DNA from: Candidatus Micrarchaeota archaeon | Lineage (GTDB): Archaea > Micrarchaeota > Micrarchaeia > Micrarchaeales > Micrarchaeaceae | Direction of reading: 5' to 3' | DNA length: 40,001 nucleotides | Assembly: GCA_027365215.1 (NCBI GenBank) | Contig: DAHXNT010000001.1 | Coordinates: 1-40,001, forward strand | Shown here: positions 34,859-40,001 of the stretch, in pieces | Layout: each line of letters starts with the position of its first letter | Position numbering within the stretch: position 1 is the first letter of the stretch | The notes under the pieces: generated by a model | What the model saw: the letters and a program-made list of their open reading frames with translations, nothing else | Told to the model about the DNA's origin: nothing | The model's database searches: none | Translations under genes and position numbers: made by a program

Positions 34859-36048
34859 AGCTCAGCAAGCTCACCAACCTCGAGACCACGTCGCTCGCGG
34901 CCGAACAGGTGGAGCTGAAGGGCCAGATAGGTAGATACAACCAGATACTCGGAAATGACGCCGAAGTGTACAGGATAATAGCGGAGGAGACGGCCGAAGT
35001 CAGGGACAAGTACTCGCGTGAAAGGAGGACGAAGGTCATCGGCGACCTGTCCGGCATCGAGATAACCAGGGAGAACCTTGTCGTCGACGAGGAGGTAAGC
35101 GTAATACTAACCAGCAACGGCTACCTGAAGAGGCTGCCTGCGGATACCTACAAGGAGCAGGACCGCGGAGGCCGCGGAGTCATAGCCATACAGCCTAAGG
35201 AGGGCGATCGCGTGAAGCAGGTGCTCTACTGCATGTCAAAGGACTACCTGCTCATGCTCACCAACAAGGGGTCCGCATACTGGCTCAAGGCGTATCTGGT
35301 GCCTGAGGAAGGCAGGTATACGGCAGGGAAGGCCGCGGTCAACATGGTGAAGCTCGAGGAAGGGGAGAAGATAGAGAAGATAGTCAACACCCGCACCTTC
35401 GAAGGCAAGTTCATCGCCTTCGCAACGCAGAAAGGCATAGTGAAAAGGGTGAGCGCCATGGCGTTCTCCAGGCCGAGGTCCACTGGGATAAGGGCGATAA
35501 ACGTGGACGAAGGCGACAGCCTTGTAGACGTATGCCTCTCAGACGGCAAGTCGGAGCTCTTCATAGCCACGCGCAACGGCAAGGCGATAAGGTTCGACGA
35601 GAACAGGGTAAGGTCAATGGGCAGGAACGCGTACGGCGTGCGCGGCATAAAGCTTGCAGGTGACGACAGGATCACAAACATGATAGAGGTAAAGCCCGGA
35701 GATAAGATTGCCTCAATAACGGAGAACGGCTTCGGAAAGGTCACAGAGGCCGACAAGTACAGGCTGCAGGGGCGCGGAGGCACAGGCGTGCTCAACATAA
35801 AGATAACTCCGAAGACCGGAAATGTCGTGAAGTCGCTGAAGGTGTCAGAGGACGGCAGCGTAATACTCATAAGCTCCGAGGGAATAGCGATAAGGTTTTC
35901 CGCCACGGACATAAGGGAGACTGGAAGAAGCGCAAGCGGGGTAAGGCTCATGCGCCTGTCCGGCGGCGCGAAGGTCGTGGACGCCCAGGAGATGCTGGGC
36001 CAGCAGGATGGCGGAAACAGCGGACCGGTCCAGCAGCAGGCCGCATAA
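34855..36048 (+). CDS. gyrA: DNA gyrase subunit A, C-terminal fragment (second coiled-coil arm plus beta-pinwheel CTD)
   Basis: It begins 'MKLSKLTNLE', matching 'RLxxLTGLE'. It carries 'KYSRERRTKV', GyrA-box 'QDRGGRG' and repeated 'G.A.RF' blades. Its ATG overlaps the stop of the N-terminal ORF (ATGA at 34855-34858). Confidence 0.85.
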   Translation: MKLSKLTNLETTSLAAEQVELKGQIGRYNQILGNDAEVYRIIAEETAEVRDKYSRERRTKVIGDLSGIEITRENLVVDEEVSVILTSNGYLKRLPADTYKEQDRGGRGVIAIQPKEGDRVKQVLYCMSKDYLLMLTNKGSAYWLKAYLVPEEGRYTAGKAAVNMVKLEEGEKIEKIVNTRTFEGKFIAFATQKGIVKRVSAMAFSRPRSTGIRAINVDEGDSLVDVCLSDGKSELFIATRNGKAIRFDENRVRSMGRNAYGVRGIKLAGDDRITNMIEVKPGDKIASITENGFGKVTEADKYRLQGRGGTGVLNIKITPKTGNVVKSLKVSEDGSVILISSEGIAIRFSATDIRETGRSASGVRLMRLSGGAKVVDAQEMLGQQDGGNSGPVQQQAA

Positions 36049-36079
36049 TTCATGCACGCATATTAATATTGCACCCAAA

Positions 36080-36610
36080 ATGGTAACGGATGGGGAAATG
36101 ATATCGGTGCTTGTGGTCGGAAAGTGCACTCGGGAAGTGATGACCGACATATGCATGACCTCAAGGGCGTTCGGGGCATCTAAAATATCGTTCACATGTA
36201 ATGAGGACAGGAAGGTGGCCAACGCTGTTGGCAAGATATCGGATGTCTGGGGCGGCAAGTTTGCTATATCGTTCAACGCAGACTACAAGAAGATGATGAG
36301 CGACTCGCCCAACTACAAGAAGATATTTCTCACGCAGTACGGGCTTCCAGTGCAGAAGGTCAACCACTCTCTCAGGACATACAAGAACATCATGGTGATC
36401 GTTTCGCTGACCGACGCGCTCGCGCAGCGCCTTATCGACGCGGCAGACTTCAACGTGTCGATAACCGCGCAACCGCACAGCTCAGTGTCGGCCATAGCGG
36501 TTTTCCTGCACACATACTTCAACGGGAGGGAGAACGCGATGCAATTCGAGAACGCGAAGATGAAGGTTATACCTATGGAGCGGGGCATACACGTAAAGAA
36601 GCAGGAATAA
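36080..36610 (+). CDS. trm56: tRNA (cytidine56-2'-O)-methyltransferase Trm56 (SPOUT)
   Basis: 'TSRAFGASKI', 'VWGGKFAI', 'FLTQYG' and 'NVSITAQPHSSVSAIAVFLH' match the aTrm56 blocks. Start moved to the ATG at 36080, downstream of the gyrA stop. Confidence 0.7.
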   Translation: MVTDGEMISVLVVGKCTREVMTDICMTSRAFGASKISFTCNEDRKVANAVGKISDVWGGKFAISFNADYKKMMSDSPNYKKIFLTQYGLPVQKVNHSLRTYKNIMVIVSLTDALAQRLIDAADFNVSITAQPHSSVSAIAVFLHTYFNGRENAMQFENAKMKVIPMERGIHVKKQE

Positions 36611-36613
36611 GCC

Positions 36614-39358
36614 TCATATCGTCCAGTATTTCCTTGTGCGTATGAACCTCTTCTGCTCCTCAAGCAGGTCCATGAAGAACTGGGCATCGTTTTCCCTGAA
36701 CATCATCAGCGCGCGAGCCGCAGTTCTCGGCCCTATCCCGTATACCCTGAGAGCTACCGCCGCCCTGTAGCCGTACGTGGAAAACATGTCCGCTTCCTTC
36801 AGCGCATCCTTAAGGACGAGAAGGTCCTTGCCGCGCAGCCTGGCATTCGCGATCCTTTTCTTCACAACGTCATTATATTCGTCGCTGTACGTGCATACCA
36901 TCGGGCTGTGGCAGCTCGGGCACGATACGCTCTTCTGCTCCTTGAGCCCCTTCAGGTCCCGCGAGAACCTGAATCCGCAGTACGTGCACAGCAGATTTAT
37001 GTCCTTGTTCATCAACGAGTCCACGAAGGATCCCACTATCTCGCTGCTTGGCAGCAATGGGGATACCAGTTCCTTTGCATAATAGGAAGACTCGAGGATG
37101 GCCCTCGAGAGCGGAGAAGGCGCGTCCAGCCTCACTTCCACGAGCGTTATGCTTCCGCTGCCTATGCCTTCGAACATCTCGCCGAGCGACTCCATGTCAT
37201 AGAAGTTGTTCATTGTGTCCCTTACGGCCTCAGCATATACCGGAGTGCCCTTGTACAGCCTTATCAGCCTTTTCACTATGGACCTCGAGAGCGAGGCATC
37301 GCGTTCGATTATTCCGAAGATCTTTGCTACGTTGGTGAACCTGTACCTGAACAGCTCGGTCTCCTCTAGCGAGCCCTTCAGGAGGTTCTGCGCCGACTTG
37401 CGGCTTACGGACTTCAGCATCTGGTGCAGGTCAATCTCCCTGCCTATCTCCAGCAGGACCATGTAGGGCGATATCTTCGTTATTATGCTCCTGCCAGTCT
37501 TGGCGGATATCATGTAGGCAAGCAGCCTCGCGAGTGCGGAATTGCCCTGCGTCCCGAGCCCTGTGTGTATTATCCTGTAGTCCTGCAGGCTCTCTATCAC
37601 CACCTTCCCCGTACCTATGCCATAGCAGGCCTCTTGCTCTACTGCAAATTCACTTATCTTCTTCAGTAGCTCTTCGCCAATCCTTACCGACCACTTATCA
37701 GAGCCTTTCGGAGACGCGACCGTAGCTATAACGTCGCGCGCAACTTCCCTGCTCACAGGTATGTCCTCCCCTTCCCAGTCAGGCACAGCCGCATCGACGT
37801 CTGTTGACGGCTCTACGCTCAGCACGTCCTTGTCTATGGAAATTATTTTCCATGGCAGGCCCTTCGTTACGAAAACGGAGCCCTCGTCAAGGTTCGCCGT
37901 GACAAACCTCTCGTCCAGGCTAGATATTATCTTGTTGCTCAGTATGTTCTTGACTGCGAACCTCCTCGTGTCAGGTATGACGCTCAGGTGGTCGTAGTAG
38001 TACGCCCTCGTCCTGCTCCCTCTTGTAATCGTCTTCCCGTCGAAGCCTATCAGCCTGTGCGTCGACATGAATTCGAGCAGGGCCGTAAGCTCTTCCGCGC
38101 TCATGTTCCTGTATAGGAAGGACCCATTGACGATCTTCAGCAGCGCCGCAATGCCTATGCCATCGGTGTCGAGCGCCACGCCGCACACCTGCGTGCAGAG
38201 CACGTCGCTGGCCCCCTCCTGCATGCCGAACAGTTCGAACTGCTTTTTCATTGCGCGCTCCGACACCACCGCGGATTCCACGAGGTCCATGATGGACGTT
38301 GCCATTATGACCCCGTTCGCGGTCCCGAACCTGCTATGGCCGCTCCTTCCCACCCTCTGCGCAAGCCTCAGCGCCTGCCTTGGCGAGCCGTACTGTATGA
38401 CCAGGTCGACCGCGCCAACGTCTATTCCGAGCTCAAGTGAGCTGGTCGCGATTATGCTCCTCACCTCTCCGGACTTGAACGCGTTCTCGGTCGCTATCCT
38501 GTCCTCCTTGTCCAGCGAGCTGTGGTGCACGCGTATGCCCCCGAAACTCCTGAGCCTGTCCGCGTATATCAGCCTGTTGCCCAGGCTCTCCACTATCTGC
38601 CTGGTGTTGGCGAACAGTATTGTGGACTTCGACTTCGCTATGTGGCTGCCTATCCTGCTTATCCTCGCGAGCGAGCTCGTGTCCAGGCCGAACTTCTTCC
38701 TCATCTGCTCCAGCTCTGGCGCCACTCCGGAGCGTGGCATCTCTATGCCTACGCGCATGCTCTTGCTCTTCGTGTCCTCTGCCACTTTGTATGTCCTGCC
38801 TGCGAACAGGTAGTCGCATACAGCTCCGATGTCGCTTATCGTGGCGCTTATACCTATCCTTTGGAAGCCCGGAGCGACCCTCTCCAGCCTTTCGAGCGCA
38901 AGAGAGAGCTGCGCCCCCCTCTTGCTCTGGTACAGCTCGTGTATCTCATCGATGATTACGGACTTCACATTGCCTAGCGCCTTGCCGAGGTACTTCGTCG
39001 GAAGTATGCTCTGCATGGTTTCAGGCGTGGTTATGAGGACCATCGGCGCCTTCCTGGCCTGTCTCGCCCTCTCGCTCTGGGTCGTGTCCCCGTGCCTTAC
39101 CGATATGCTTATGCCGTGTGCCGTGCATATCTTCTCGAGCCTCGATATGAGGTCTCTGTTCAGCGCCCTCAGCGGTGTTATATAGAGCAGCAGTATTCCC
39201 TGCCTCTTATCCGTTTCTATATTAGATATGCCGTTAAGCAGAGGTATAACCGCGGCCTCTGTCTTCCCCGAGCCTGTCGGCGCCGTGATCAGGCAGTTGC
39301 TTCCGCTGGCGACTATCGGCATAGCGACTTCCTGCACCGGCGTATAGCTCTTGAACAC
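36614..39358 (-). CDS. lhr: Lhr-family (large helicase-related) superfamily-2 ATP-dependent helicase
   Basis: 'APTGSGKTEAA', 'IIDEIHEL', 'SSLELGIDVG' and 'QRVGRSGH'. DEAD-associated region with 'VPDWEGEDIPVS'. C-terminal Zn ribbon 'CTYCG...CPSCHS'. 914 aa. Confidence 0.8.
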   Translation of the reverse strand: MFKSYTPVQEVAMPIVASGSNCLITAPTGSGKTEAAVIPLLNGISNIETDKRQGILLLYITPLRALNRDLISRLEKICTAHGISISVRHGDTTQSERARQARKAPMVLITTPETMQSILPTKYLGKALGNVKSVIIDEIHELYQSKRGAQLSLALERLERVAPGFQRIGISATISDIGAVCDYLFAGRTYKVAEDTKSKSMRVGIEMPRSGVAPELEQMRKKFGLDTSSLARISRIGSHIAKSKSTILFANTRQIVESLGNRLIYADRLRSFGGIRVHHSSLDKEDRIATENAFKSGEVRSIIATSSLELGIDVGAVDLVIQYGSPRQALRLAQRVGRSGHSRFGTANGVIMATSIMDLVESAVVSERAMKKQFELFGMQEGASDVLCTQVCGVALDTDGIGIAALLKIVNGSFLYRNMSAEELTALLEFMSTHRLIGFDGKTITRGSRTRAYYYDHLSVIPDTRRFAVKNILSNKIISSLDERFVTANLDEGSVFVTKGLPWKIISIDKDVLSVEPSTDVDAAVPDWEGEDIPVSREVARDVIATVASPKGSDKWSVRIGEELLKKISEFAVEQEACYGIGTGKVVIESLQDYRIIHTGLGTQGNSALARLLAYMISAKTGRSIITKISPYMVLLEIGREIDLHQMLKSVSRKSAQNLLKGSLEETELFRYRFTNVAKIFGIIERDASLSRSIVKRLIRLYKGTPVYAEAVRDTMNNFYDMESLGEMFEGIGSGSITLVEVRLDAPSPLSRAILESSYYAKELVSPLLPSSEIVGSFVDSLMNKDINLLCTYCGFRFSRDLKGLKEQKSVSCPSCHSPMVCTYSDEYNDVVKKRIANARLRGKDLLVLKDALKEADMFSTYGYRAAVALRVYGIGPRTAARALMMFRENDAQFFMDLLEEQKRFIRTRKYWTI

Positions 39359-39384
39359 CTCAAGGAACGAGCCGTAAATACCGT

Positions 39385-40001
39385 CTATCTGTATCGCCTT
39401 AGTTTTCTGCTCCTGTATGTATGCACAGCCACCGCTATTGCAATTATTATCGCAGCAAGCACTGGCGTGAACGTTACTGGGTCTATGAACAGTGCGCTCG
39501 CACCGGAGCCGTACCCTGCAGACATCTGGTGCACCATGTTCTTGTAGTAAACGTAGCCGCTAATGTATCCATACGGGACGTCCGCGAAAGACACGGAGCC
39601 GTCAGGTCCTAGATATCCGTTGAATGTGGTCCCGTTCTCGAAGGTGAGCGAGGCGCTAGCGTTCACTCTGCCGCCGAACAGGCTAGACGCGGTCACATTC
39701 ACATTATACACCGGCGCCGTGAACGGCACGCTGGACGGGCCGGATACCGATATATTCCTGCTAACCGTCACGTTCGTTCCCTTGTACCTGATGTAGTTTA
39801 TCTCGTATGCGCCTGGAAACATAAACGCTCCTGCTTGCGGCAGTTTGATACCAGACACATCCACATAATCTGATGATATCGGGTTTCCGTATGCATCATG
39901 CGGCGTGAAATTCACCGCGTATTGCGTCCCGAACTCCGCAGCAAGCATGATCGGCCCGCTTACGACCGCGGTGAAATTTACAGCAGTGCTTCCATTGCTC
40001 C
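39385..40001 (-). CDS. surface-exposed protein with C-terminal TM anchor, 5'-truncated by the window edge
   Basis: The frame stays open to position 40001. Many N-x-S/T sequons (NFT, NVT, NIS, NAS, NGT). The C-terminus 'PVLAAIIIAIAVAVHTYRSRKLRRYR' is a TM helix plus basic tail. Confidence 0.55.
   Translation of the reverse strand, partial: SNGSTAVNFTAVVSGPIMLAAEFGTQYAVNFTPHDAYGNPISSDYVDVSGIKLPQAGAFMFPGAYEINYIRYKGTNVTVSRNISVSGPSSVPFTAPVYNVNVTASSLFGGRVNASASLTFENGTTFNGYLGPDGSVSFADVPYGYISGYVYYKNMVHQMSAGYGSGASALFIDPVTFTPVLAAIIIAIAVAVHTYRSRKLRRYR

Noticed and set aside
33709-36053. Long minus-strand ORFs (293 aa and 269 aa) antisense to gyrA
   Set aside because: Both lie entirely within ORFs carrying unmistakable GyrA motifs. 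Their translations are Ser/Leu/Pro-rich with no motifs.
36008-36079. Upstream extension of the Trm56 ORF overlapping the gyrA 3' end
   Set aside because: The extension has no Trm56 similarity. The ATG at 36080 lies after the gyrA stop, and family similarity starts right there.
38067-38813. 248-aa plus-strand ORF inside the helicase gene
   Set aside because: It is antisense to the Lhr-type helicase, which has all the SF2 motifs. Its composition is low-complexity Ser/Leu/Ala.

Overview
Gene-dense (about 90% coding) archaeal chromosomal segment, dominated by information-processing genes. It holds a uL3-uL4-uL23-uL2-uS19-uL22-uS3 ribosomal operon, eL15, eL42 (L44e), aIF2-alpha, TFE, PCNA, a PriL-like primase subunit, a GINS-like protein, RadA, DNA gyrase B and A, an Lhr-type helicase, CTP synthase, AglB oligosaccharyltransferase, RNase P Rpp21, Pcc1, diphthine synthase, Trm56 and a tRNA-splicing endonuclease. 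RNA genes are one stand-alone 5S rRNA and five intron-less tRNAs (Pro-CGG, Ile-UAU, initiator Met-CAU, Gly-CCC, Lys-CUU). I saw no CRISPR array, transposase, integrase or clear defence island. Many adjacent genes are joined by ATGA/TGATG overlaps, and BRE/TATA-like boxes sit 25-35 nt upstream of several starts. The oversized endonuclease, compact gene packing and tRNA-Ile(UAU) suggest a small-genome DPANN/ARMAN-like archaeon; this is inference only. The observations most worth a second look are: (1) gyrA encoded as two ORFs with an ATGA junction and a missing linker; (2) a 385-aa three-unit-like tRNA-splicing endonuclease; (3) tRNA-Ile(UAU), plus two tRNAs with C at T-loop position 55; (4) a radical-SAM / COG2403 P-loop / VKOR-like operon; (5) a HerA-like ATPase fused to a nuclease-like domain; (6) an unannotated 48-aa Cys-rich ORF coupled to the PriL-like gene; (7) long Lys/Ala-rich extensions on uL22 and TFE; (8) a promoter-bearing 250-bp gap that may encode a small RNA. 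All family calls come from motif recognition by eye. No searches were run.
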